DNA of 64,000 bases from Candidatus Dormiibacterota bacterium (GTDB lineage: Bacteria > Eisenbacteria > RBG-16-71-46 > SZUA-252): the NCBI GenBank assembly GCA_035635575.1, contig DASQAV010000002.1:1539-65538 (forward strand). The letters run 5' to 3'. Positions 41,385-50,846 of this stretch are shown here, piece after piece; positions within the stretch are counted from its first letter, which is position 1; each line of letters opens with the position of its first letter. Under the pieces are notes generated by a model that ran no database searches, was not told the DNA's origin, and was given only the letters and a program-made list of their open reading frames with translations. A program made the translations under genes and the position numbers.

Positions 41385-42203
41385 ATGAGCGATTCCATTC
41401 AAGTCGAAGCCGCGAGTTATGGGGATGCCGTGCACCAGGCGGCGGACCAGCTGGGGATCAGCCCCAGGGAGCTCGCGGTCGAAGTCGTGGATCCGGGGCG
41501 CTCGGCGAATTCGCTGGGCGGGTTCCGTCCGGTGAAGCTTCGCGCGTGGCGGCGTGATCCCTCGGCGCCACCCGACGGAGCGGGGCGCATCCCCGCGAGC
41601 GCGGTGCGCCGGCAGAGCTCTGCGGTGGGGGAGGAACGCCGGGGCGGAGGCGCCCGACGCGGCGTCTCCATGGAGTCCTACGGCCCGCCACCGCCTCCGC
41701 TCGATGCCTCCCTGATCACGCCCGAGCTGGTCGAGACGGTGCGCACGATCGCCGCGGGAATCGTGAGCGAGATGGGTTTTCCCTCCGACGTCACCGCGGA
41801 GAAGACGCGGGACGGAATCCGCGTGGGCGTCGCGGCGGGGGACAAGGACCAGTTCCTGATCGGCCGCGACGGCGAGACGCTCGCCGCGCTCCAGCACCTG
41901 GTGGCGCGGATGCTTCGCGCCCGGGCCCCCGAGGAAGCGATCCCGCGCGTCGAGGTCGATGTTGCCGGGTACCGCGATCGCCGCGTCGAGAGCCTGCGCG
42001 AGCTGGCGCGCCAACTGATCGACGAGGTCCGCGAGACGGGGCACGAGGTCTCGACCGAGCCGCTCTCCGCGATCGAGCGCCGCATCGTTCATCTGGAGGT
42101 CGCCGAGGCGGACGCGTTCACGAGCACGAGCATCGGCGACGGCCTCTTCAAGCGCGTGATCATCCGACGTGACGAGGAAAAGCACTCCGGATCCCCCGAG
42201 TAG
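41385..42203 (+). CDS. jag: Jag/KhpB-like RNA-binding protein (Jag_N, KH, R3H)
   Basis: Jag_N (MSDSIQVEAASYGDAV…), KH and a C-terminal R3H (ERRIVHLEV…). Start chosen after the yidC stop. Confidence 0.7.
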   Translation: MSDSIQVEAASYGDAVHQAADQLGISPRELAVEVVDPGRSANSLGGFRPVKLRAWRRDPSAPPDGAGRIPASAVRRQSSAVGEERRGGGARRGVSMESYGPPPPPLDASLITPELVETVRTIAAGIVSEMGFPSDVTAEKTRDGIRVGVAAGDKDQFLIGRDGETLAALQHLVARMLRARAPEEAIPRVEVDVAGYRDRRVESLRELARQLIDEVRETGHEVSTEPLSAIERRIVHLEVAEADAFTSTSIGDGLFKRVIIRRDEEKHSGSPE

Positions 42204-42217
42204 GCAAGGCATGGCGG

Positions 42218-43675
42218 ATGGTGGAAAACGAGACCATCGTGGCGCAGGCCACGGCACCAGGAGAATCCGCCATCGCCGTGGTCCGCATGAGCGGGCCCCA
42301 GGCTCTGGAGATCGCCTCGCGGCGGTTCCGGGGCACACGATCCCCGCGCGATAGCGGCTCCCACCGAATCCTCTTCGGCGCCTTCCTCGGCGCCGGCGAT
42401 ACCCCCCTCGATACCGTGCTGGTCTCCGTCTTCCGCGCGCCGAATTCCTACACCGGGGAAGACGTGGTCGAGATTTCCTCGCACGGCGGGGCCGTGATTC
42501 CCGGCGCGATTCTCTCCGCACTGGTGGAGGCGGGGGCGCGTCCCGCGCGTCCCGGCGAGTTCACGGAGCGCGCGTACCGGAATGGAAAGCTGGATCTGGC
42601 GCAGGCCGAGGCGGTCGCGGCTCTGGTGAAGTCGCGGTCCGATCGCGCGGCGCGCGCGGCCAATTCGGCGCTGGGGGGCAACCTTTCCCGGCGCGTGGCG
42701 GACCTGGACCGGAGCCTGGTGGAGCTCCTGGCCGAGGTGGAGGCGCGGATCGATTTCCCGAACGACGTGGGCGAGGCCCTGGACGGCGCCGCGCTGGCGG
42801 CGCGGTGCGCCGGGATGTCGCGGCCGGTGCGTGAGTGGGTCGCGGCGCTTCCTGTCTCGCGCCGGCGGGAGCAGGGAGTGCGCGTCGCGTTCCTCGGGCG
42901 CCCCAACGTCGGAAAGTCGAGCCTCCTGAACGCCCTCGTCGGATTCGACCGCGCGATCGTGAGCGACGTGCCGGGCACCACTCGCGACACGGTCGAGGAA
43001 TCGATCTGGCTCGAGGGCGTGGAATGCCGTCTCTGCGATGCCGCTGGCGTTCGCGAGCCCGGAGAGCCGCTGGAGCGGCTGGGGCTGGATCGCACGAGGG
43101 ATTCGGTGAGGCGCGCGGATCTGGTCATCCTGGTCCTCGACCGTTCCGATCCCCGCGAGGTGGAAGATCGCGCGGCGCTGGCGATGATTGGGGACCGGCC
43201 GGTGGTGGTTGCGTGGAACAAGGCGGACCTGGCGGATGGCTGGGGTGCCAAGGCTCCGGGCGACGGTAGCGCGGGAGGAGTCGCGACGGTAGCGACTGCG
43301 ACGGCGGTCGCGGTGTCGACCCTTCCGCTGCTCGACGTGCCCCGCGCGCAGCTTCTCGACGAGGTCCTGACGGTCGCGGTTCGTCCTCTCGGTGCCGAGC
43401 CGCTGCGCGAGGCGCTTCGAGCTTCCCTTGCGCGCCTCTCCGGTTCTGCCGCGGGGGAGGAGCTTCCCACCACGAGCCTGAGGCAGGAGGCGCTCTTCGG
43501 GCAGGCGCTCGAGGCGCTGGATCGCGCGGAGCGGTCGCTTCGCGACGATGCTCCCTACGATCTCGTGGCGGTGGACCTCACGGACGCGCGGCGCGCGCTC
43601 GGCGAGATCGTGGGCCGAGGCGTCGACCAGAGCGTAGTCGACGCCATCTTCTCCCAGTTCTGCATCGGGAAATGA
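42218..43675 (+). CDS. mnmE: tRNA modification GTPase MnmE
   Basis: G1 [14 protein letters not shown]. Ends with the C-terminal CIGK motif. Confidence 0.9.
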   Translation: MVENETIVAQATAPGESAIAVVRMSGPQALEIASRRFRGTRSPRDSGSHRILFGAFLGAGDTPLDTVLVSVFRAPNSYTGEDVVEISSHGGAVIPGAILSALVEAGARPARPGEFTERAYRNGKLDLAQAEAVAALVKSRSDRAARAANSALGGNLSRRVADLDRSLVELLAEVEARIDFPNDVGEALDGAALAARCAGMSRPVREWVAALPVSRRREQGVRVAFLGRPNVGKSSLLNALVGFDRAIVSDVPGTTRDTVEESIWLEGVECRLCDAAGVREPGEPLERLGLDRTRDSVRRADLVILVLDRSDPREVEDRAALAMIGDRPVVVAWNKADLADGWGAKAPGDGSAGGVATVATATAVAVSTLPLLDVPRAQLLDEVLTVAVRPLGAEPLREALRASLARLSGSAAGEELPTTSLRQEALFGQALEALDRAERSLRDDAPYDLVAVDLTDARRALGEIVGRGVDQSVVDAIFSQFCIGK

Positions 43676-45549
43676 GCCTCGGTCGTTACCCCCTCATCGT
43701 CGTCGGCGCCGGGCACGCGGGCTGCGAAGCCGCCTGCATCGCGGCCGCGATGGGAGTCGAGACGGCGCTCGTCACGATGAGCCTCGACGCGATCGCGCAG
43801 ATGTCCTGCAACCCCGCGATCGGAGGGCTCGCGAAGGGGCACCTGGTCCGGGAGATCGACGTCCTCGGCGGCATCATGGCGAAGATGGCGGATCGCGCGG
43901 GCATCCAGTTCAAGATGCTGAACCGCGCGCGCGGCCCCGCCGTGTGGTCCCCGCGCGCGCAGGAGGACAAGGCGCTCTATCGCGAGATCGTTCGCGCGCA
44001 TCTCGAGAGAACGCCGGGGGTGACGCTGGTCCAGGCGCAGGTCGTCGGGTTCCTGGTCCGGAACGGCCGCGTGCACGGAGTGGCATTACAAGATTGCGGC
44101 ACGATCGAGTCCGACGCCGTGGTGGTGACGCCCGGCACGTTCATGAACGGTCTCATGCACATCGGAGACCGCACGCTGGCGGGCGGCCGCGTGGGCGAAG
44201 CGGCATCGCGTGGGCTCTCGGAGTGCCTCGCCGAGCTGGGCTTTCGCGTGCTCCGGCTCAAGACGGGCACGCCGCCGCGGATCCATCGCGACACGATCGA
44301 TTTCTCGCGGATGCTGGAGCAGCCCGGCGACGAGCCGCCGCGTCCCTTCTCTCATTTCACGCGGGCGCTCGAGGTGGATCAGGTCCTCTGCCACCTGACG
44401 CACACGACCGAGGAGACGCACGCGCTCATTCGCGCGAACCTCGATCGCTCTCCTCTCTACACGGGGAAAATCCGAGGCATCGGGCCGCGCTACTGCCCAT
44501 CGATCGAAGACAAGGTGGTGCGGTTCTCCGAGAAGCGCGCGCATCAGATCTTCATCGAGCCGGAGGGGCGGACGACGCACGAGTACTACATCAATGGTCT
44601 GTCCACGAGTCTTCCCGAGGAGATCCAGTGCGCAATCTTGCATACGATCCCGGGGCTCGAGGAGGTCGAGATGATCCGTCCGGGATACGCGGTCGAGTAC
44701 GACTTCCTTCCACCCGACCAGCTCGGACCCACGCTCGAGACGCGCGCGATCGCGGGGCTCTATCTCGCGGGACAGATCAACGGCACGTCGGGATACGAGG
44801 AGGCGGCTGCCCAGGGACTCTACGCGGGCATCAACGCCGCGCTCGCAATTCAGGGCCGGGAGGCGATGCGGCTCGGGCGCGAAGAGGCGTATGTCGGAGT
44901 GTTGATTGACGATCTAGTGACCAAAGGCACCGAAGAGCCCTATCGCATGTTCACTTCGAGTGCCGAGTATCGTCTTCTGCTACGCCAGGATAACGCAATC
45001 GATCGGCTTCTTCCCCGGGCGCGGGAGCTCGGGACCTTGAGCTCGGAGGAGCTCCGGATTGCGGAGAGATGGGTCCGGGATCGCGATTCCGCGGTCACGC
45101 GCCTGCGCGGCGCGAGAGCCGGTTTGACTCCGGACTCGGACCATGCGGCTCGGGGTTCGACCTCTGGCCAGGAGTCGCTGGCCCAGCTCCTCTGCAACGG
45201 GACGCTCGCCCTGGAAGACGTCCTGGGCCGGCGTGAGCTTGCGGATCTCTCACGGGAGACCGTAGAGTCCGCGTCCATCGAGGTGCGCTACGAGGGATAC
45301 ATTCGGAGGCAGCTTCGGGAGGTCGAGAGGACGGCGCGATATGAACACCTGCACCTGTCGGATTCGATCTGGGAGGAGCCCATGCTCGAGCTCTCGAGAG
45401 AGGGACGCGAAAAGCTGGGCAGGATCCGGCCGACCACGGTCGCGCAGGCGGCACGGATCCCAGGCGTTTCACCCGCGGATGCGGCGGTCCTCGTAATTTA
45501 TGCGGAACGGGAGCGTAGACGTGCAGATCTCTCTTCAGTTACCTCGTGA
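43672..45549 (+). CDS. mnmG: tRNA uridine 5-carboxymethylaminomethyl modification enzyme MnmG
   Basis: FAD-binding [16 protein letters not shown] overlap with mnmE. Confidence 0.9.
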   Translation: MSLGRYPLIVVGAGHAGCEAACIAAAMGVETALVTMSLDAIAQMSCNPAIGGLAKGHLVREIDVLGGIMAKMADRAGIQFKMLNRARGPAVWSPRAQEDKALYREIVRAHLERTPGVTLVQAQVVGFLVRNGRVHGVALQDCGTIESDAVVVTPGTFMNGLMHIGDRTLAGGRVGEAASRGLSECLAELGFRVLRLKTGTPPRIHRDTIDFSRMLEQPGDEPPRPFSHFTRALEVDQVLCHLTHTTEETHALIRANLDRSPLYTGKIRGIGPRYCPSIEDKVVRFSEKRAHQIFIEPEGRTTHEYYINGLSTSLPEEIQCAILHTIPGLEEVEMIRPGYAVEYDFLPPDQLGPTLETRAIAGLYLAGQINGTSGYEEAAAQGLYAGINAALAIQGREAMRLGREEAYVGVLIDDLVTKGTEEPYRMFTSSAEYRLLLRQDNAIDRLLPRARELGTLSSEELRIAERWVRDRDSAVTRLRGARAGLTPDSDHAARGSTSGQESLAQLLCNGTLALEDVLGRRELADLSRETVESASIEVRYEGYIRRQLREVERTARYEHLHLSDSIWEEPMLELSREGREKLGRIRPTTVAQAARIPGVSPADAAVLVIYAERERRRADLSSVTS

Positions 45550-46216
45550 CCTCGAGCCTGACTTCGGTGAGTTCAAGGGCCGAGTCTCCGAGAGGATTCA
45601 ATCGGGGGCGCTTTCGGCCGACGCGGTGCAGCTGCTCGCGCGCTTCGGCCAGCTCGTCTACACGCAGGTAGCGCAGCTCTCCCTGGTAGCGCGCGGCGAT
45701 CGCACCGTGCTCTACACCCGGCACATCCTGGATTCCCTGAACCCCATCGACATTCAATCGCCGCCACCGGCTTCCGCGCTGGATATCGGAAGCGGAGGCG
45801 GATTCCCCGGCATACCGCTGGCGATCGTCTGGCCCGGGACGCGATTCACCATTCTCGAGTCGAGAGAGAAGAAGGCCGGTTTCCTCGAGCGGGCCGTGCG
45901 CGAGCTCGGCATCCGCAACGTGACGGTCGCGTGTGGCCGGCTCGAAGAGTACGGACGCAGCTGGACCGCCGAGCCTCATCGGTCTGTCTACGTCAGGGCC
46001 CTGGGTGAGCTGCCCGAGGTGCTTCGGTCCGCGGAGCGGGTCGCGGTACCCGGCGCGGAGTGGGTCTACTTCCTGGGCGCGGAAGCATCGCCCGAGCACC
46101 TCACCGAGCGGCTGGGCCCGGGGGGCAAGTGGGCATCGGTCCTGCCGGGGGCATTCGGCGGGCGCCTGCTTCGCGGGTACTTCCCGCCAGGGCCCCAATC
46201 GTTGGGGAAACGGTAG
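45521..46216 (+). CDS. rsmG: 16S rRNA (guanine527-N7)-methyltransferase RsmG
   Basis: SAM motif [19 protein letters not shown] at 45521 with a GGGAG Shine-Dalgarno 7 nt upstream; the track's ATG at 45500 overlaps mnmG by 50 nt. Confidence 0.8.
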   Translation: MQISLQLPRDLEPDFGEFKGRVSERIQSGALSADAVQLLARFGQLVYTQVAQLSLVARGDRTVLYTRHILDSLNPIDIQSPPPASALDIGSGGGFPGIPLAIVWPGTRFTILESREKKAGFLERAVRELGIRNVTVACGRLEEYGRSWTAEPHRSVYVRALGELPEVLRSAERVAVPGAEWVYFLGAEASPEHLTERLGPGGKWASVLPGAFGGRLLRGYFPPGPQSLGKR

Positions 46217-46280
46217 CCGAAACTCCGGATCTCCCCTCGCGTACGGTTGATTCTGTGGTCCCACCCCCCAATCTCTCCCA

Positions 46281-46296
46281 TGTTTCACGTGAAACG
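46281..46296. other. parS: parS centromere-like site
   Basis: TGTTTCACGTGAAACG: 15/16 match to TGTTNCACGTGAAACA and a perfect 14-bp palindrome. Confidence 0.75.
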
Positions 46297-46841
46297 TCGC
46301 GATAAACCACTGCATTAACGCCGATTATCCATACGACGATCACGCGATCGCAGCTTCTGCCCGGCATCGTGAGGGAGTCTCAGTGTGGGGCCATGGGCCC
46401 GCGCATGGATTCTCGTCCCGCGGTAGCCTGGGCTGGCAGATGGCGGCCTCCTGGATAGACTGGCCTGGCGAGCAGCCTCCCGGCCCGGAGTAAGGCCCTG
46501 GCAGCCGTCCACACGAAGCTCGACGCGTCCGCGGTCAACCGGCCATCAGGTCGAGAGACGAGCCTCCCGTGGTCCGCCGCACCACAGGGGCGGCGGGTGG
46601 ACGTGAAGGATCGCCCACCCAAAGCCTGGCCCCCCGCGAGGCCGACCCACTGGGACCCAACACTCAGGACCTATCCGCAAGGGCTCAGCCTCAAAGACCA
46701 ACCCGATCCCCGGCAGCGCCCCGTATCCAGGCTCAAAAACCACCCCGCTTCGTGGCCTAACCCCCAATCATTACGCGTAGGTGCCCTGCATGGCGCAGGA
46801 CGCCAAGAGTCAATAGGTTCATTTGCAGCCACTTACCAGAA

Positions 46842-46857
46842 TGTTCCACGTGAAACA
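46842..46857. other. parS: parS centromere-like site (perfect)
   Basis: TGTTCCACGTGAAACA: exact canonical 16-bp parS palindrome, ~105 nt upstream of parA. Confidence 0.85.
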
Positions 46858-46964
46858 TTTTCCTTTGCCCTTTTCCTCTCACTTGCTTATTCTGCGGCTT
46901 GGCCCCCGGCAAGGATGCGGGATGGGCGCGAGCCGTCCCGAGGGGTAGATGGGAGAGTGGGTGG

Positions 46965-47777
46965 ATGGCCAGGACGGTGGCGATCGCAAATCAGAAGGGT
47001 GGCGTCGGCAAGACCACGACGGCCGTGAACCTCTCGGCTGCGCTGGCGCTCAAGGGCAAGACAGTCCTCCTCGTTGATCTCGACCCCCAGGGAAACGCAG
47101 GCAGCGGCCTCGGCTTTCCAAACCTCAAGAACACGAATCGCGGGATCTACGAAGTTCTCACCGGTGGCCTCGCAGCAGATCAGGCCATCGTGGATGGCGG
47201 CATTCCGGGCCTGGGATTCATTCCGTCAGGACAGCGCCTGGCCGGAGCTGAGGTGGAGCTCGTCGACGCCGAGAGGCGGGAGTTCCGATTGAAGGACGCC
47301 TTGGCCCCCTTGGACGAGCGCTATGAGTACATCCTCATCGATGCCCCGCCCTCTCTGGGGCTCCTCACCGTCAACGCGCTCACCGCGGCCACCTCGGTCC
47401 TCGTCCCGGTCCAGTGCGAGTACTACGCGCTCGAGGGCCTGAGCCATCTCCTCGGCGCGATACGGCTGGTGCAACAGGGGCTGAACCCTTCGCTCATGAT
47501 CGAGGGTGTTCTCCTGACGATGTATGACAACCGCCTGAATCTGTCCCAGCAAGTGATGGATGAGACGCGGCGTTATTTCGCGGAGCGGGTCTATCACACG
47601 GTGATCCCACGAAACGTCCGACTGAGCGAGGCGCCGAGTTTCGGCAAGCCGGTCGTCGTTTACGATCCTGACTGTGCCGGATCGGTGAGCTACATGAACC
47701 TTGCGAACGAGGTGCTCAATCATGGCGAGAAAGGCCTTGGGGCGCGGGCTGGCGTCCCTCATTCCATCAGCAGCTAA
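46965..47777 (+). CDS. parA: chromosome partitioning ATPase ParA/Soj
   Basis: Deviant Walker A KGGVGKTTT. Start at the ATG after a GGGAGAG Shine-Dalgarno. Its C-terminal ~18 aa overlap parB. Confidence 0.85.
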   Translation: MARTVAIANQKGGVGKTTTAVNLSAALALKGKTVLLVDLDPQGNAGSGLGFPNLKNTNRGIYEVLTGGLAADQAIVDGGIPGLGFIPSGQRLAGAEVELVDAERREFRLKDALAPLDERYEYILIDAPPSLGLLTVNALTAATSVLVPVQCEYYALEGLSHLLGAIRLVQQGLNPSLMIEGVLLTMYDNRLNLSQQVMDETRRYFAERVYHTVIPRNVRLSEAPSFGKPVVVYDPDCAGSVSYMNLANEVLNHGEKGLGARAGVPHSISS

Positions 47778-48630
47778 TCGGGAAGTCGCGGTCACGCCCG
47801 AGCTGCGGGCGGTCGAGTCTCGTCAGGGTGAGATCCAGCACGTCGCACTCGACAAGATCGTCCGCAACCCGGCGCAGCCGAGAACGCAATTCGAACCGAG
47901 CGCCATCAGCGACCTCGCGACCTCGATTCGCGAGCGCGGCGTCCTTCAGCCCGTCCTGCTCCGCCCCTCGGGCGGCGCATTCCAGATCGTCGCGGGCGAG
48001 CGCCGATTCCTCGCCGCACGCGAGGCGGGGCTCGAGACGATCCCCGCGATCGTCCGCCAGTTCACGGATCGCGAAGCGCTGCTCATCGCGCTCATCGAAA
48101 ACGTCCAGCGCGAGAACCTGAACCCCATGGACGAGGCGCGTGCATATTACAGGCTGGCAATGGAGTACGGTCTGCCGCATGAGGAGATCGGACAGCGTGT
48201 GGGCAAGGATCGCTCAACTGTTTCCAACATACTTCGCTTCAACAACTTACCAGCCGAAATCCAGACCTTCCTGGAGACTGGAAGCATCAGCGCGGGCCAC
48301 GCGCGAGCACTCCTGGCTCTGACCAGCGAGAAGACCCAGGTCGATCTCGCCAAGTCGGCGGCGGCCCACGGCTGGTCCGTGCGCGAGCTGGAGGAACGAG
48401 TCCGCAGATCCACCTCCGAAAAGGGCCCGCGGACGAGAAAGACCCCCAAGCGAGCCTTCTCCTCGGAACTTATGGGACTTGAAGACGATCTTATGAGAGC
48501 CTTAGGCACGCGGGTTCGGATTACGCGCCGGCGCGGGGGCACCGGTTCGATCTTCATCGACTACCACTCCGAAGAGGAGCTCGACCGCCTCGTGAATGTG
48601 CTTCGATCCTTGGCCGTGGATGCGCGATGA
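47722..48630 (+). CDS. parB: chromosome partitioning protein ParB/Spo0J
   Basis: RGLGRGLASLIP N-terminus, ParB box GERRFRAA, helix-turn-helix. GAGGTG Shine-Dalgarno 7 nt upstream of the ATG. Confidence 0.85.
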   Translation: MARKALGRGLASLIPSAANREVAVTPELRAVESRQGEIQHVALDKIVRNPAQPRTQFEPSAISDLATSIRERGVLQPVLLRPSGGAFQIVAGERRFLAAREAGLETIPAIVRQFTDREALLIALIENVQRENLNPMDEARAYYRLAMEYGLPHEEIGQRVGKDRSTVSNILRFNNLPAEIQTFLETGSISAGHARALLALTSEKTQVDLAKSAAAHGWSVRELEERVRRSTSEKGPRTRKTPKRAFSSELMGLEDDLMRALGTRVRITRRRGGTGSIFIDYHSEEELDRLVNVLRSLAVDAR

Positions 48631-48724
48631 TTGCGCGTCCCGACGCCGCTAACGCCCGCCGCTAGCAGAAGAAGGATCGGGGCCGCACTGCCCGTAGCTT
48701 AATCAAGCCGAAAAAGTCCGAAAT

Positions 48725-48753
48725 GTGGATAACTCGCTAGGTGTGGTGGATAA
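48725..48753. promoter_or_regulatory. pair of DnaA-box-like sequences downstream of parB
   Basis: TGTGGATAA (perfect, 48725-48733) and GGTGGATAA (1 mismatch, 48745-48753). Confidence 0.35.
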
Positions 48754-48907
48754 CCGGGCAAGGCTCACCGCGTCAGGCGCTTCCGTGGGCAGCCGTGAGT
48801 TTTTCCGATGAGAAAGCCGCACTTATGCACATTGTGGGGAGCGCGGCGCATACCCTCGCTCCATTTCCAGGGAAGCCCCTCCGGGGGCGACCGCGGAGAA
48901 TGAAAAC

Positions 48908-49924
48908 ATGACTCAGGCGGTCCCGAAGGACGACCTCAGACTTCTGGAGGATCTCAAAGAAGCGCGCGGCGCAATCCTGCACGAGCTGCGCAAGGTCATC
49001 GTCGGCCAGGACCAGGTGGTCGAGCAGCTCCTGACGGTGCTCTTCGCGAATGGGCATTGCCTGCTCGTGGGCGTGCCCGGGCTCGCGAAAACCCTGCTCG
49101 TATCGACCCTCTCGCAGATCCTCGATCTCAAGTTCAGCCGGATCCAGTTCACACCGGATCTCATGCCCTCCGACATCACGGGCACCGAGATCCTCGAGGA
49201 CGATCCGGTGACGGGACGGCGCGCGTTCAAGTTCATCCACGGGCCGATCTTCGCGAACATGATCCTTGCGGACGAGATCAACCGAACACCGCCCAAGACC
49301 CAGGCGGCGCTCTTGCAGGCGATGCAGGAATACCGGGTCACCGCGGGGGGCGAGACCTATCCGCTCTCGCTTCCGTTCTTCGTGCTCGCGACGCAGAACC
49401 CGATCGAGTTCGAGGGCACCTATCCGCTCCCCGAGGCCCAGCTGGATCGCTTCATGTTCCACATCTCGGTCGGCTATCCCTCCACTCAGGAGGAAGAGCG
49501 GATCGTCGCGACCACCACAAGCGCCTACGAGGCGGAGCCCAAGACGGTGCTCGGCGTGGAGCAGATCCTGGATCTGCAGAGGCTGGTGCGGAGGATTCCC
49601 GTGGCCGAGCACGTGGTGAGCTACGCGGTACGGCTGGCCCGCGCCTCCCGCCCGGGACCCGAGAGCGCCTCCTTCGTTCGCGACTGGGTGAGCTGGGGCG
49701 CCGGCCCGCGCGCCGCGCAGTTCATCGTGCTGGGCGCGAAGGCGCGGGCCGCCCTGCACGGCCGTCCGACTCCCAGCGCCGAGGACGCGAAAGCGGTCGC
49801 GCCCTCCGTACTGCGCCACCGCATCATTCCCAACTTCAACGCGGAAGCCGACGGGATTTCGAGCCTCGACATCATCAACAAGCTCCTCGAGACCACTCCC
49901 TCGGTCGACGGCAAGCGCTCCTAG
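48908..49924 (+). CDS. MoxR-family AAA+ ATPase
   Basis: Walker A GVPGLAKT, Walker B ILADEINR. Typical MoxR length. Confidence 0.85.
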   Translation: MTQAVPKDDLRLLEDLKEARGAILHELRKVIVGQDQVVEQLLTVLFANGHCLLVGVPGLAKTLLVSTLSQILDLKFSRIQFTPDLMPSDITGTEILEDDPVTGRRAFKFIHGPIFANMILADEINRTPPKTQAALLQAMQEYRVTAGGETYPLSLPFFVLATQNPIEFEGTYPLPEAQLDRFMFHISVGYPSTQEEERIVATTTSAYEAEPKTVLGVEQILDLQRLVRRIPVAEHVVSYAVRLARASRPGPESASFVRDWVSWGAGPRAAQFIVLGAKARAALHGRPTPSAEDAKAVAPSVLRHRIIPNFNAEADGISSLDIINKLLETTPSVDGKRS

Positions 49925-49936
49925 TCGGCAGCGGCC

Positions 49937-50833
49937 ATGGCGAAAACCTCGCAGCGCCTCCTCGATCCCCACTTCGTGTCGAAGCTCGCCCGGCTCGATC
50001 TTCGCGCGCGGCTCGTCGTGGACGGATTCCTCACGGGCCTTCACAAGAGCCCCTATCACGGATTCAGCGTGGAGTTCGCCGAGCACCGCCAGTACATGCC
50101 CGGCGATCCGCTGCGGCATCTGGATTGGAAGGTGCTGGCGAAGTCGGACCGCAAGTACCTCAAGCAGTACGAGGAGGAGACGAACCTTCGCGCGACCCTC
50201 CTCATCGATACGAGCGCGTCCATGAGCTATTCCTCGCACGGCCTCTCGAAGCTGGATTACGCGCGCCAGCTCGCGGCCTCGCTCGCCTATTTGATGCTCC
50301 GGCAGAAGGACGCCGTCGGGATGTACGCCTTCGCCAGCGGGCGCGGAGAGCTGATCCCTCCGCGGTCCACGCCGAGCCATCTCCGCCAGCTCCTGGTGCT
50401 CCTGGACCGGCTCGAAGCCGCGGGAGGAACCGACTTCGCGTCCTCGCTCCACGCGCTCGCCGAGCGCGTCAAGCAGCGCGGCCTGATCGTCATCCTCTCC
50501 GACCTGCTCGACGACCCCGAGCGGATCGCGAGCGCGATCCACCATTTCCGCCACCGGAAGCACGAGGTGCTGGTCTTCCACGTGCTCGATCCGCAAGAAA
50601 CGTCGTTCCAGTTCGAGCGCGAGGCCACCTACATCGACCTCGAGAGCGGCGATCGCGTGACGACCCGGCCACAAGAGCTGCGCGCCGACTACCGGACGCG
50701 CGTGAAGGGCTGGATGGACAAGATCCGGGAGTTCTGCATCGAGAAGCAGGCGGACTACGTGGCCGTCTCCACGGACACTCCGTACGACCGCGCGCTCCTC
50801 GAGTATCTCTCCAAGCGCGCCCGGCTACTCTGA
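49937..50833 (+). CDS. DUF58 domain protein (MoxR-associated, vWA-like)
   Basis: GFSVEFAEHRQYMPGDPLRHLDWK DUF58 signature. Confidence 0.8.
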   Translation: MAKTSQRLLDPHFVSKLARLDLRARLVVDGFLTGLHKSPYHGFSVEFAEHRQYMPGDPLRHLDWKVLAKSDRKYLKQYEEETNLRATLLIDTSASMSYSSHGLSKLDYARQLAASLAYLMLRQKDAVGMYAFASGRGELIPPRSTPSHLRQLLVLLDRLEAAGGTDFASSLHALAERVKQRGLIVILSDLLDDPERIASAIHHFRHRKHEVLVFHVLDPQETSFQFEREATYIDLESGDRVTTRPQELRADYRTRVKGWMDKIREFCIEKQADYVAVSTDTPYDRALLEYLSKRARLL

Positions 50834-50846
50834 GAGCGCGTCCCTG

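Noticed and set aside
46300-46840. Possible tmRNA/SRP RNA/RNase P RNA or tRNA in the inter-parS region
   Set aside because: No conserved ncRNA signature (tRNA-like acceptor/TψC end, SRP domain IV or RNase P P4 motifs) could be found by eye. Left as an open compositional finding instead.
48773-50674. 633-aa minus-strand ORF
   Set aside because: Antisense to the MoxR and DUF58 genes.
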